A stretch of DNA of 64,000 bases from Priapulus caudatus (taxonomy: Eukaryota). Within the stretch, counting starts at the first letter, position 1, and every line of letters starts with the position of its first letter. Of the stretch, positions 1 through 12,009 are shown piece by piece. The notes beneath the pieces were generated by a model. That model did no database searches, was not told the origin of the DNA, and worked only from the letters and a program-made list of their open reading frames with translations. The stretch spans positions 940,361 to 1,004,360 of the forward strand of contig NW_014577073.1 of the NCBI RefSeq assembly GCF_000485595.1, written 5' to 3'. The position numbers and the translations under genes are program-made.

Positions 1-122
1 CACTCTCTCTCTCTCTCTTGCTCTACCCCCTCTCTTTCTCTCTCTTCATGTCTATCTATCTCCACCTCTCTCGTTCGATCGTTCGCTCTCACTTTCCCCA
101 GCTCTGTCGCTCTCGCTCTCTT

Positions 123-162
<40 letters not shown>

Positions 163-603
163 CCTGTCTCGTCCTCCCCCTCACTCTCTCCCACCACTAT
201 CCCGTGCTCTCTGTCGCTCTCCGTTTATCTTTCTGTCACTCTCTCTCTCTCTCTTTCTCTCTCTGCATGTCTCTCTCTCTCTCTCCCTCTCTCTCTCTCC
301 CTCTCTCTCTCTCTGCATGTCTATCTATCTCTCTGAGCCGCCCTCTCTCTGTCACTTGTTCGCCCTCTCCCTCTCTCCCTCTCCCTCTCCCCCCCCTCTC
401 TCTCTCTCTCTCCCTCGCACGCGCGTGCTCCCTCTCTCTCGTTTCTCTCTCGCTCGCTCTCTTCCGCTCTCCCTGTCATTTCTCTCCCGCTTTTGTTTTC
501 TTCTCCCGCTCCTTCGCTCCCTCGCTCTTATTCTTCTTCTCAGTCAGTCTCTCTCGATCGATCGCTCTCTCCCTCTCTCCCTTTTTCTCTCTCTCTCTCG
601 CTC
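1..603. repeat. Degenerate (CT)n microsatellite (within predicted Xlox intron 1)
   Basis: Direct inspection. Confidence 0.9.
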
Positions 604-1171
604 TGGCGTGCGCGGGCGCGACCATTGCAGGTAATAACGAGTGCCACGCCCGCGCTCAAAGCAGCAGCAGCGGGAGCGGAAACCTAGTATCGCGTAAACG
701 CTAACGGAAGATCGCCGAAGGGCCCGGGCTACCTTCCGCCTGGCGGGAACCCACGTCCACGGGTCGCGCGCATTGAGAAACACGCAATTAAAGCATTGCA
801 GCGTGAATACTCTAGTGTCACCGCAACAAATTAGAGGGCGGGCCCGAGTCAAAGGGCGTGTTATATACGGGCATTCTATGCCGCACGGACCCTCGGGGCG
901 AGTCGCCACTGCCTTAACCATATAATGCGCGATTGCAATTTTCCGTATGGGTTTGCGGCACGTGCGAAACTTATCCAAAACAATGTTACGGAACGATTCG
1001 CCGCAGGCTAGGCGCACGCGAGCGTGAGTGTATGGGAAACGTGTTCCACTCGTGTACCCCGATAAATTCATTATTTCGCTATGCCAACACAATCGCTGTC
1101 GTTCGCAAATACGTTATGACAGCTGTCACCTCTATGCGCTGATACTGCTGATAATACGTGGACCAGGAGAA

Positions 1172-1352
1172 AACGACGACGACGAGAGGACGACGACGAA
1201 GAAGAAAAAGGTGTAGAATGAGAAGAAGAAGAAGAAGAAGAAGAAGAAGAAGAAAAAAAAGAAGAAGAAGAAAAAGAAGAAGAAGAGAAGAGGAAAAAGA
1301 AGACGAAGAAGACGAAATAAATAGATGACGATAATAATGCCGACGACGACGA
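1172..1352. repeat. (GAA)n/(GAC)n microsatellite
   Basis: Direct inspection. Confidence 0.9.
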
Positions 1353-1428
1353 ACACAAGGATGAGAATTGCTTTAATCATTAAGCCAGACAATAACAAAA
1401 AAGCAGAAACAGCCATACTGCCACTTGC

Positions 1429-1825
1429 CTGACCATCCAAGTTTCCACTTGTGAGCATGTGACTTCGTTGTCTTCAGCCATGCAAATGGTAGAATCTGTT
1501 CGCTACTGTCGGCGATCCCGCTCTGCTCGCCATCTCTCACACGCGGTGCATACGCCGTGTCGGCGTCGCAGCAGCCGACGTCGTCATGGCAATAGGACGA
1601 CGGATGACCACCAGCTATCATGCATCCCGCTGTTATGCACGGCAGCGCATACGCTAGCGAGATCCCGACGTCGTCGTTGTAGTATTCGCCAGTAGATATG
1701 CTACAATGATCGGCGAAACACTGATGGCGGTTTTCGTAGGTCAGCAGTTGTCCATAGTTGTCAGCGGCGGCGCCGTTGACGATTCGGTCCGGGTAACGAG
1801 GGGATGAGTTCATGAAGCGCTGCAT
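1429..1825 (-). CDS. Xlox: Xlox/Pdx (ParaHox) homeobox gene, coding exon 1; the homeobox exon is not in the window
   Basis: Minus-strand ORF from ATG at 1825 (MQRFMNSSPRY...; alternative ATG at 1813) ends in ...QILPFAWLKTTKSHAHKWKLGWSG. This matches the extended hexapeptide diagnostic of Pdx/Xlox (FPWMK[ST]TK[SA]HAxxWKxxWxG), which sits at the end of exon 1 in Pdx genes. A phase-1 donor-like site TCAG|GCAAGT follows at 1429/1428. The start codon choice is inferred. Confidence 0.85.
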
Positions 1826-2315
1826 GATCCACGAGTTCTTGCGCCTTTGTCGCGGATGTGTATTTCTCGGCTGTGATATTACGGCAAATATACAGACAAC
1901 CCTGCTTAGAACGGGCACCAGTCTGTGAAGAATATTTCTAGTTTTTCTCTTGTGTGGCAATGAAAGTGGTTCTATGAAACCGACACCTGTTTATAAAGGC
2001 CAATTTTAGGGGGTTTGCCGTGAGCCAACGTTACAGCGAGAGCGCAGACACTAAATATACTTATGCACAGGTTTGCATGTAATGAAATATTCTGCTGAGA
2101 ATTCACGTAATAAACAGGCCATTTGAGACGTCCACCACCGTAGAGAGTCGATGCCTTGCCAGATATCTCTCTCTTTCTCTCTCTCTTTCTTTCTCCCTAT
2201 CTATCTTTCTCTATCTTTTGCCTCCTTCTCTCTCTCGCTCTCTGTCACTCTCTCGCTCTCCCACTCTCTGTCTCTGAGTCTATATTTCTCAATCTGAAAA
2301 TCAAGCTGAGCCGGG

Positions 2316-2326
2316 CCTTTTATATA
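2316..2326 (-). promoter_or_regulatory. Candidate Xlox TATA box
   Basis: TATATAAAAGG followed by GC-rich CCCGG, about 500 bp upstream of the Xlox ATG. A second TATAAA lies at 1995-1990. Motif match only. Confidence 0.35.
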
Positions 2327-4682
2327 CTGCTCGCAACTGTGAGAGACTTAATCAACTTGATATGAATCATTATGGCACTCAGCGACCCACTTTACTTCAA
2401 TTGCCGACGTTGCGTTATTAACCGACAGAACGGGGATGGAGGATATTAACGTCGTTCTGTTTAGAATAAACTCGCGCGCGACAGCGGCTTCCTACGGCAC
2501 AAGTGTTTCCTGTCGCCGACCGGAAATGGGATGTCACTCACGAAGCAACGGGATCGTCAGATTATTGAACTTTAAGCTGTTATGGCACTAAACGATGTGT
2601 AATTAAGCAGCTTACCCGTGTTAGCCAGCAGGAAATATGTCAGCAAATCTGTTTACTTAACTAACGTTATTGGCGTCGTTCTGCATAACCGATACGTGTT
2701 ATCATCGAATCATAGAAATCAGGTTGAAGGTAGGCGGCAGAATATATATATATACATAAATAAATAATATAAAATATAATATGACGGTGGTCATTCTTCA
2801 GAAAGTGTTTACACGGGAATATACATACATTAGCCTGTTCTCCTTGATATACGCAGTCATTAATTTCCTCACTCATCGCCCCCCCCCCCAAACTATTGCA
2901 CGAAGCAGGTGCTTATTTGAGACCTGGTTCTTGTTTAGCTGCCAATATGTACTTACTGTCAACTGGTTGATTTTAATATTTTAAAGTAGTAGGTTAACGT
3001 CTTTCAAATATACTGGTAAAGATCATGATCATACTATTCAATTATTGTTGCTTTTTTGTAATTTCCGAGTGTTCAAAGCAATATTACACGAAGTAAACCC
3101 TAGACGCCTTATGCGATCGACGGAAAAGACAAAGATTACCCGAGAACCAGTGTTTGCGTGTGTGACAAAGACTAATAGAGGAGAAGCGTCATGGCTTATC
3201 ATTCGTCGCAATTTTCACCCTCCTACCTGTCCCCGCGCCTCAGTGATACAAGCTGAATTTTACTCTCAAATCTTATTCGCTAACGGCGGACTTTTTAGTG
3301 TGTTAGTGAACCCACGAGGCAAGAGGGGTTGACACTAGTAGTGCGCTCAGAAGGCAGGACTGGTTAATATTAGTAGTGCGCCCACAAAGCAGGACGGGTT
3401 GATACTGGTAATGTAATGTACATGGCGTAGAAGAAGTACGTAAACGTAGAAGAAGTGTGGCGTAGAAACACTAGTAGCATATACGTATATTAATAGTATA
3501 CCTAGGTTCATAGTAGGCCTACCCATAGACACGTGCTAAGGCCATTGGTTGTGACCACGGAAGCGACTCGGCCATTTTGGCCATTACCGGAGACAAATTA
3601 AAGGGATCCTATCGAATATTAAGACTCTATTTTAAAGCTGTTATTATAATACAAGAATGATATTGTTGGGATTTAAGATATGTAATGTGGCAATGGCGAC
3701 AATACTTACGGTGACAACCAATTAATTTCATGTACAATTTAAACTGAATTGCAGCATATAGAGTACATATATTCCCTTTTTATCCGTTGGAGATCCATAT
3801 GTTGTTTGTGACCTGTAAATTCATAGGAAAATATCCACGCATACAAATATTACAGAAATGTGCTGATTTGATTTCAAATCCAAGAAGTCACATAAAAACC
3901 GTTGAAAATCTATCCATCTGCTGCCTTTTGTTTGAATACAATGGCAGACCGCGTCGTGATTTTCCCACAACAATATGTTTGTCAGTTCGGTACATGTGCG
4001 AATGAAAACTATGCGATTGGACGCCTCTTACCTCTTTGTCGTTAATAAATTAAGCCAAATAAGGCGTTGAGTATGGAGTCATACAAACAATCCCTTCTTT
4101 TATAACGTCTCTATGTTATTGACCTTTTAACCCTTTTAGGCCGATTACAAGCATTTTGTGTAGATTTCGTGTAATTTTGTCCCAAGCGCTAGCGTACAGC
4201 TGAATAGAGCAAAGCGTCGGTCGTATATTTTTCTCGTTTCTGCCCTATTTACGAAATTTCGCGGATTTCTGTAGAAAACGCGGCGGAGCGCCATCACAAT
4301 GCAGCTGCTATCGGTGGCCGTCAATGACTTCTGTAGAAACGCGGGGAAATGCGAGATAGAGTCCCGATAACAACACGCAGATAGCTTTTGGCGTGAGAAA
4401 GCAATGATTATGCAAAGGCTTACATACCCCCCCCCTTTCATGGACGCACCAACAGCCAGGGAGTGCCATGTGGTTTGAAAAGAATGCGAGCCCAGCGATA
4501 AGCTACGTTCAATTTAAAATTTGCCGTCCAAATAACATAGTTTGTTATCGTTGGCTTACGATATTTGTCAGATTCCGCGGTCATGTCAAACTAAGGAGCG
4601 TGACGTCATACAACCGCCTATATCCTTCAGCAGGCTATCTTATACATATACACATATATTATATATACACGCGCGCGCGCGC

Positions 4683-4890
<208 letters not shown>

Positions 4891-7407
4891 AAACATTCAA
4901 AACCATCCGAACAAACATAAGAGATAATGATAAATAAATTAGAAGTGATAATATATTCAGTAGTAATTGAAAGTCACGAATTCTAAAAGTCACTTCTCTG
5001 TGACGCCAATAAATATTAACATAATTAGTCTACTTATCCGTGTGAATGAAATGCTAATTGGCCATATCAGTATGAATTTTAATGAATGCGTCCGCTAAAG
5101 AATAATCACCCGCTAAAATGTGTGCCAAAGAAATGCTAATGCAAGACCGCAGCATTGTCAGGAAGCTTCTAGGTACGCGGGGCATGTGGGAAACCGCGCT
5201 CTCTCGTGCAATAAGGAGCATATTGTACAGCGCTTGACAATGTATACGCGCGCCTTTCGCTGTTGTTGGGTGGACGCATTTTTCGTGAAAACACCCGTTT
5301 TTTGTGCCCGGCCAATTATATAACGCGCATTGTGTGTGACGGAGGGTTAGACTCTCTGTGCCGAAATTGCTTTCCGAGCACGGTAGCCAACAACAGGTGG
5401 TCTTTGAATCGTCATGAAAGAGATGAAGACTAACGTGTAGCGCTGAATATCGCGGCGATTGTGCACTAGGAACCGTTTCCCTTTGAGGTATTGTTTAAAA
5501 CACATGCGCCGGGCCGCATGCCTAACGTATAGCGCCTCCCATCCTTACGCATGCCGCACGTTTACCCCTCCCCCGGCAGGGACGCAGCACGGATCGACCA
5601 CCCTCCACGCGGTCGCCTCCACATATTTTTTATATGACAAAGAATTATAAGGCATGGTTCTGCGCCGGTGCTATGCATGCGACTCCGGAAACGTTTGATG
5701 AGCGCAGAGATTTCTTAATGCTACGCGAGCGGTCTACGTGCGGAATTACAGCTCATGCTTGTGACGTTCATAATGCCATGATTATGTATATATTTCGTTG
5801 AATGTCTACATGCGAAGCAATGAAGTTGTAACATTTTGCGGACACTCAAAGACAACGACCAGTACAATGAGTTCCTAATAGCCCTGCAGCACTCACACAC
5901 GCACAGGCACATACACCCGTGCCTAAATGCGCACACACGTGCGCGCATACAACGCGTTCTTGTTAATTATTAATACGCGTCGCAAACTGTTTCAGCGCTA
6001 AATGTTGCAGCTCGGCGTCCGCTACACGGCGCTGGAGTCGCCCTCACAGTCGCTTCATGGATGTCATTGTTCAGCCATCCCATGATTAAAATTCAGCGCT
6101 TTGTGGCGCGTGTAACCATATAACCACTTTTGCGGCCGCTTATCGTCTGTCAAATCGAAATGACAGCAATCTGCAAAACGGCGCGTATAAAATTTGATAT
6201 TTTAATTAGTGTCTTCCCACCACCCCGGCCCACCGTGCGAGCAGAGTTACCGCGTACGTTCTCCTGATACGAGTTTAATGCGTGCGCAGATATCATCATC
6301 TGATTGTTGCCCGCATATCAGTTTTCGTTCTCCCTTCTTCCCACGGTCGTTCCCTCCTATTCACGCGATGGCATATCAATGCGATTTCGTAAAAAAATGT
6401 TTTGTACAAAAAAAGCTTTTGTCGACGCGATCCTGCGTGCGTGCTTTCATCGGTGTTCGTGCAGCGCACAGTTTCTACGACGTGCGGCGGTGAGTGATGG
6501 CGAGGGAAACGGACGTGTTTGGACACACGAACTTCGTCGTCGATCACATGACAGACAGGTTGAGCAGCTGTATCAGTGCTGACGGCGACGTTGTCAATGC
6601 GTAGTTAATTAGTCGGTAATGTGTTTGAAGAATATATATTGCGTCTTTACTTTGCGAGCCGAGGCGTATCTGTTGCGACGACAATCATCTCATCAAAGAT
6701 TATGACACGTATTCAAGCTTCGAGAAGATGTGAAATTCATTTGACGTTTCATTTCATTGCTACTAACAATTATATGCGTACATACATACGTACATACGTA
6801 GGCTCACACGTATATATATATATATATATATATTGTGTAGAGCAATAGGCGGGCGTAGCATGTATTATATAGGGGCAGGACAAAACTGACGCCTGTCGCT
6901 CTACGCTAAATTATACAGGGGTTCGCGTGTAAGCCGGCAGCGCACGTGGCGATCCAGCGGGCTACCAGCATGTGGTTAAATCTCCAATCGCTGACGAGTG
7001 TATCGTAAAGGCGATTGGATGATGGTTGAATTATTTTAATGCGCCAGTAAAATGGACTTAATTTGCACGGAACGGCGGCAGTGTTTCGCATGGGTTTCGC
7101 ATGGCTGTCAGTACATTCGAAAACAAAGCGTTTCATCTCGCAGCGCTAATTTCAATTCTCGGTGCGAGTTACAACACCGACTACAGCGACAAGTGGTTCA
7201 CGGCGATTACAACAGCAACCGGTTGACAACCGATTACGTACACTATAACGTGTTAAAATAGTTCTACGTGTTAACTACCAATGTTCGGTGTCCGAGCACC
7301 TTACAGCTCAGTTCATATATCATCTTCTAAGAGAAAGGGTTTATCCTGTCGCAAAAATTATACGGTGTACTACTCGCATGTGTATTCAGCGCGTTAATAT
7401 TCGATAT

Positions 7408-7449
7408 GATATAAGATATAAGATATAAGATATAAGATATAAGATATAA
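7408..7449. repeat. (GATATAA)n short tandem repeat
   Basis: About 6 copies of GATATAA. Confidence 0.85.
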
Positions 7450-8699
7450 CAGTTTTATTTATCGCTTTCAATATTAGTAAGTACAAGAATTTTAACAAAG
7501 CGAATAATAAACAATACAGCAAAAGGATGACGAAAAGATCATACGGTCATCTAGTCAGCCATCCCCTGGAAAAATTATAAAGTACGCGGGCAACTGTCAT
7601 TAGAGAATAGCGCCCGATATGGCGGACTATATATAGCCTAATAGCCTTAATGAGAACTCATCCGCGTGGCGGCGGTGGCGAATGGTAGGGGGTGCCGTTA
7701 GCTAGAGCATCTGTAACAGTCATGCAAACATTTATTATGCAGTATCACGCTACGCCGATCTGTAACAACCAATTCTTACCCCCGTGTATACCGCTCTGTA
7801 TGCTACAATTATACTCTCCGACTGAGTTTACACGTGTGAAACGTTGATTCATGACTTTCGGCTTCCGTGCATACTCCTTTCAAGCACGCACCTACAGCAG
7901 TACATTAGCCCCCGCCCCCGCCCCCAAACGTGAACAGGTTTACGTAAACGGCTAATTACCGGCGGCAGAGGAGGGTCCCAAAAACTAACGAGAGGAAGAA
8001 AACATATGCGTGGGCGTTCTCAGAAAGTCCAGCGCAGTGGGAGAGACAGACAATGAATCCTTACAGCGGCCATGCCGGGCGCATATGGGCCTCGTCTAGG
8101 AACACCTTCGACCGACGACAGACAAACGGCGCGTGGGTCGGCGAGCGACCAGTCACGGCGTCGTCACGAACCCACATAATGGCGGCCACGTACGGGCCTC
8201 GGCGGCCCCAGAAACTTCACGCGGTGCGGGCCTAGCTTTCAACTAGCCGATGCCTTTATGAAGTTAAATGGCAGTTTTTTCATATTATAGAAAGCATGGC
8301 GCCGAGAGCTTTTTGTGTTTGAAAAAGATAATGCCATAATCACCGGAATAACACGACGGTTTGACTGCGAACAGAAAAATGTGTTGTTCATAATTTCCGA
8401 ATTTAATAATTGCAGTTATTATTCGGTAAAGATTACGCAGAGAGGGGAGGAAACTAGCAGGTGGATGCGCCATATGTCACGTGAATGGCGTGATATCACA
8501 TACCCGTTGTCGTATCTAGTGGTCTAGGATCGCCGACGGAAGTCGCTCGAGGTAGTTCCAACAATAATATTCATTTGTAAACGAGGCTATGGCATAGTTT
8601 TCATGAGCAAATAACTATTACTCCTATTATTTACTTCTGAGACTATACTATCAGGAGTTAATGAAGACAAAATTTGTCTTTATTAACTCCTGATACTAT

Positions 8700-9002
8700 T
8701 TTAGTTAGTTTGTTGGGTTGTCTGTCAACAGGGTATCTCAAAAAGTTACGGACGGATTTTGATGAAATTTTTGGGACTGGTTGGTATTGGGCCAAGAACC
8801 AATCGATTAAATTTTGGTGGTCATCCGGATCCAGATCCGGATCTATCTATCTATCTATCTAACCTATTGAAAATAGTCTTGCACACTGTGTATCAAGTCA
8901 GTGCAAGGTGAATGTTGTTACGACAATGACATGGCGCATGTAACATAATGCATGTATGGGTGTACCAGCAAAATGGGGGGAGTGCTACGCTGTGGCGGAG
9001 GT
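8700..9002 (+). mobile_element. Truncated HINE-like element
   Basis: GTTT/GTCT-type microsatellite, the HINE-like core (..CTCAAAAAGTTACGGACGGATTTTGATGAAATTTT..GATTAAATTTTGG..ATCCGGATCCAGATCCGGAT), and the 3' subterminal TGGCGGAGGT shared with the element at 32959. Both ends are missing. Confidence 0.6.
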
Positions 9003-9031
9003 ACATACCTCGTGAATTTTCTTAAAATACT

Positions 9032-9104
9032 TGCCCTGAGTGAGGATCGAACTCACGACCTTCAGATTATGAGACTGACGCGCTGCCTACTGCGCTATCA
9101 AGGC
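9032..9104 (-). tRNA. tRNA-Met (elongator, anticodon CAT)
   Basis: Reverse complement GCCTTGATAGCGCAGTAGGCAGCGCGTCAGTCTCATAATCTGAAGGTCGTGAGTTCGATCCTCACTCAGGGCA (73 nt). The acceptor stem GCCTTGA/TCAGGGC pairs, the anticodon loop is CTCATAA and the T-loop is GTTCGATCC. A TTTT Pol III terminator follows at 9027-9024. Confidence 0.93.
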
Positions 9105-9156
9105 TATACTTTTAACAATTTGAAGTCCAATTTTAAAATTTGATGTTTATTCCTAA

Positions 9157-9200
9157 ACATATCTCGTGAATTTTCTTAAAATACTTGCCCTGAGTGAGGA
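9157..9200 (-). pseudogene. Truncated second copy of the tRNA-Met 3' end and terminator
   Basis: 9163-9200 is identical to 9009-9046 (offset 154 bp). It includes the last 15 nt of the tRNA and breaks off at the T-loop. Confidence 0.75.
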
Positions 9201-9424
9201 CACATCCCACCAGTTACACCAGCACCGATTACTTTACTAGCTTGTCTCTATACACCAGCACCCATGCTTAAACTACCTTTCCTCTTACAAACCAGCATCC
9301 CTCCCTATAACGGCTTCCCTTTCTTAACTAGCACCGCTCTAATCTGACCCCCCCCCCCCAACACGCGCGGTTTGCGCGCCTAGCCGCTTTTACGCAAGCC
9401 GCTTTTACGCTAGCCGCTTTTACG

Positions 9425-9703
9425 CAACATGTTCTGCTAGCATCTATGAAAAATACGACATACGTATATACGCTCTTCTTATGACACTATTTGTCATAGG
9501 AAGATTCTTCCTATAACAAATATTGGCGAGTCAACTTCGTTTTGCTTTACAGCTGAAATTCACTGCTTGCGTTCATAATAGCGCTCCTAAACTCCTATGA
9601 TGCGCACAACACATACAACAATATTTGTCATAGGAAGAATCTTCCTATGACAAATAGTAACATAGGAGAGCGTATTTGTCATAGATGCTAGCAGAACAGG
9701 CTG
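9425..9703. mobile_element. MITE family A, copy 1
   Basis: Terminal inverted repeats (CAACA)TGTTCTGCTAGCATCTATGA..AATACG and CGTATTTGTCATAGATGCTAGCAGAACA(GGCTG), plus internal inverted TATTTGTCATAGGAAGA motifs. Related copies at 55374 and 61976. Confidence 0.8.
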
Positions 9704-10059
9704 TTACGTTAGGCTACATGTGCATCGTACGTAGGTGCATGTCAGATTTCATTGTGCGCGATGATGGCGTTATAAACTACGCGCAGGTGGCTATCCAGCA
9801 AAAATGTACTTGGTGACATGTTCTTCTTCCATGATAAATTGATATCCTATAGGCCTACGAATTATAACCGCGCAGTAGAGGTTTACGCAAAGAGAGGACA
9901 ACCACCTTATACCCTTATACCCTTATAATGGAGATTTAGATGAAGATACCGTGAATGTATTGTCGTACAATTATATTTGTTAGTGGTATCACCGCGCGCG
10001 ATTACTTGACTGTAATACACAAAATCTAATCTATGCATTGAAATACCAGGATGGATAAG

Positions 10060-10745
10060 TAGTGCGGCAGATATGTGTATAATATCAGAAGGATTGTGCA
10101 TTTTGTGGTAAAAGCACCAAATTTGGTACAGACATTGCTTAATATATAATTAACAAATTTATATATCGTGCCAAGCTCAATTTTTTCCCTGGGGCCAACA
10201 AATAGCAAAATCCAAGATGGCCACCATCCAATTCTAGAATATCTTAAAAATGACATATCTTTGTGACAAAATGTCATGCAAACATGAATAAAGTGTCATT
10301 TTCTATGTTTTCATACATGCTGAATCCATTCCAACCACAAACGAGTTGATAAAATGCAACAATTTGCGTAAATCCAAGATGGCCGCCGTGCCTAATCGGC
10401 CAAATGGAAAATCGGCAATAACTTTGTAGAACGTGCCACCGTGTAAAACGACGAACCTGCTCTCACCATACGTGCCAGGCTATCGCCATTGGATCAATTT
10501 AGCAATGGCAAACAAGGGCTGGTCTACAACAATTAACACTGGTACCTGTCCAGAATTTAGAAATTTAACCGCGTGTTGGATGACATCTATAGAATGCCTA
10601 ATCATTGCCACAGATTTCGAATCATCAGGGAACAAAGGCAGCAGATATGATATAGTGACATCGAAGCTGAGAGCCCGTTGTGCGTCTGAATGGAACCTTT
10701 TTGTCACAAAGATATGGCATTTTATTGGTCGCCATCTTGGATTAT
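10060..10745 (-). mobile_element. Academ-like DNA transposon, left terminus plus transposase fragment (runs into N-gap)
   Basis: Starts TAGTGCGGCAGATA; 10060-about 10430 is the inverted copy of about 15680-16033. The minus-strand fragment SYLLPLFPDDSKSVAMIRHSIDVIQHAVKFLNSGQVPVLIVVDQPLFAIAKLIQWR*PGTYGE..FVV..GG resembles the DQPL..AK.IQW..P..YGE motif of Academ transposases and has an in-frame stop at 10482-10480. Family assignment is from recalled motifs, not a search. Confidence 0.72.
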
Positions 10746-11718
10746 NNNNNNNNNNNNNNNNNNNNNNNNNNNNNNNNNNNNNNNNNNNNNNNNNNNNNNN
10801 NNNNNNNNNNNNNNNNNNNNNNNNNNNNNNNNNNNNNNNNNNNNNNNNNNNNNNNNNNNNNNNNNNNNNNNNNNNNNNNNNNNNNNNNNNNNNNNNNNNN
10901 NNNNNNNNNNNNNNNNNNNNNNNNNNNNNNNNNNNNNNNNNNNNNNNNNNNNNNNNNNNNNNNNNNNNNNNNNNNNNNNNNNNNNNNNNNNNNNNNNNNN
11001 NNNNNNNNNNNNNNNNNNNNNNNNNNNNNNNNNNNNNNNNNNNNNNNNNNNNNNNNNNNNNNNNNNNNNNNNNNNNNNNNNNNNNNNNNNNNNNNNNNNN
11101 NNNNNNNNNNNNNNNNNNNNNNNNNNNNNNNNNNNNNNNNNNNNNNNNNNNNNNNNNNNNNNNNNNNNNNNNNNNNNNNNNNNNNNNNNNNNNNNNNNNN
11201 NNNNNNNNNNNNNNNNNNNNNNNNNNNNNNNNNNNNNNNNNNNNNNNNNNNNNNNNNNNNNNNNNNNNNNNNNNNNNNNNNNNNNNNNNNNNNNNNNNNN
11301 NNNNNNNNNNNNNNNNNNNNNNNNNNNNNNNNNNNNNNNNNNNNNNNNNNNNNNNNNNNNNNNNNNNNNNNNNNNNNNNNNNNNNNNNNNNNNNNNNNNN
11401 NNNNNNNNNNNNNNNNNNNNNNNNNNNNNNNNNNNNNNNNNNNNNNNNNNNNNNNNNNNNNNNNNNNNNNNNNNNNNNNNNNNNNNNNNNNNNNNNNNNN
11501 NNNNNNNNNNNNNNNNNNNNNNNNNNNNNNNNNNNNNNNNNNNNNNNNNNNNNNNNNNNNNNNNNNNNNNNNNNNNNNNNNNNNNNNNNNNNNNNNNNNN
11601 NNNNNNNNNNNNNNNNNNNNNNNNNNNNNNNNNNNNNNNNNNNNNNNNNNNNNNNNNNNNNNNNNNNNNNNNNNNNNNNNNNNNNNNNNNNNNNNNNNNN
11701 NNNNNNNNNNNNNNNNNN
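10746..11718. other. Assembly gap (973 N)
   Basis: Run of N. Confidence 1.
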
Positions 11719-12009
11719 CATGATTACCGTAGTAGTTATGCGACTGATACGTTGCCAGGAAGTATCAGCGCTGCATCGATCATATAGTAGGAAATCACAG
11801 TCTGTGCGCGCAGTCGGTGACTACGGTTTAATGCTGAGGATATATAGCTGAATAATCTAGTTCCCACTCGGCGATGCGTCCAGTCGCCAGGCTTTGTTCC
11901 GAGCGCTTGTGACCGTTCGACGCGGCGCCTGCCGGAAATAGTTGCCTCTCAGCGCTAATGTGCGGCGGCGTTCGATGCACACACGCGCAGCACGCACGAC
12001 GCATAATGA

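Noticed and set aside
1826..1960. N-terminal extension of the Xlox ORF given in the ORF track
   Set aside because: It starts at a non-ATG codon; the first in-frame ATG is at 1825.
9420..9708. TTACG 5-bp target-site duplication for MITE A
   Set aside because: The left copy belongs to an adjacent 15-bp tandem repeat and the other insertion shows no matching duplication, so the TSD and superfamily are left unassigned.
10433..11851. ORFs crossing the 973-N gap
   Set aside because: Their length is an artefact of the Ns; only the minus-strand transposase fragment is meaningful.
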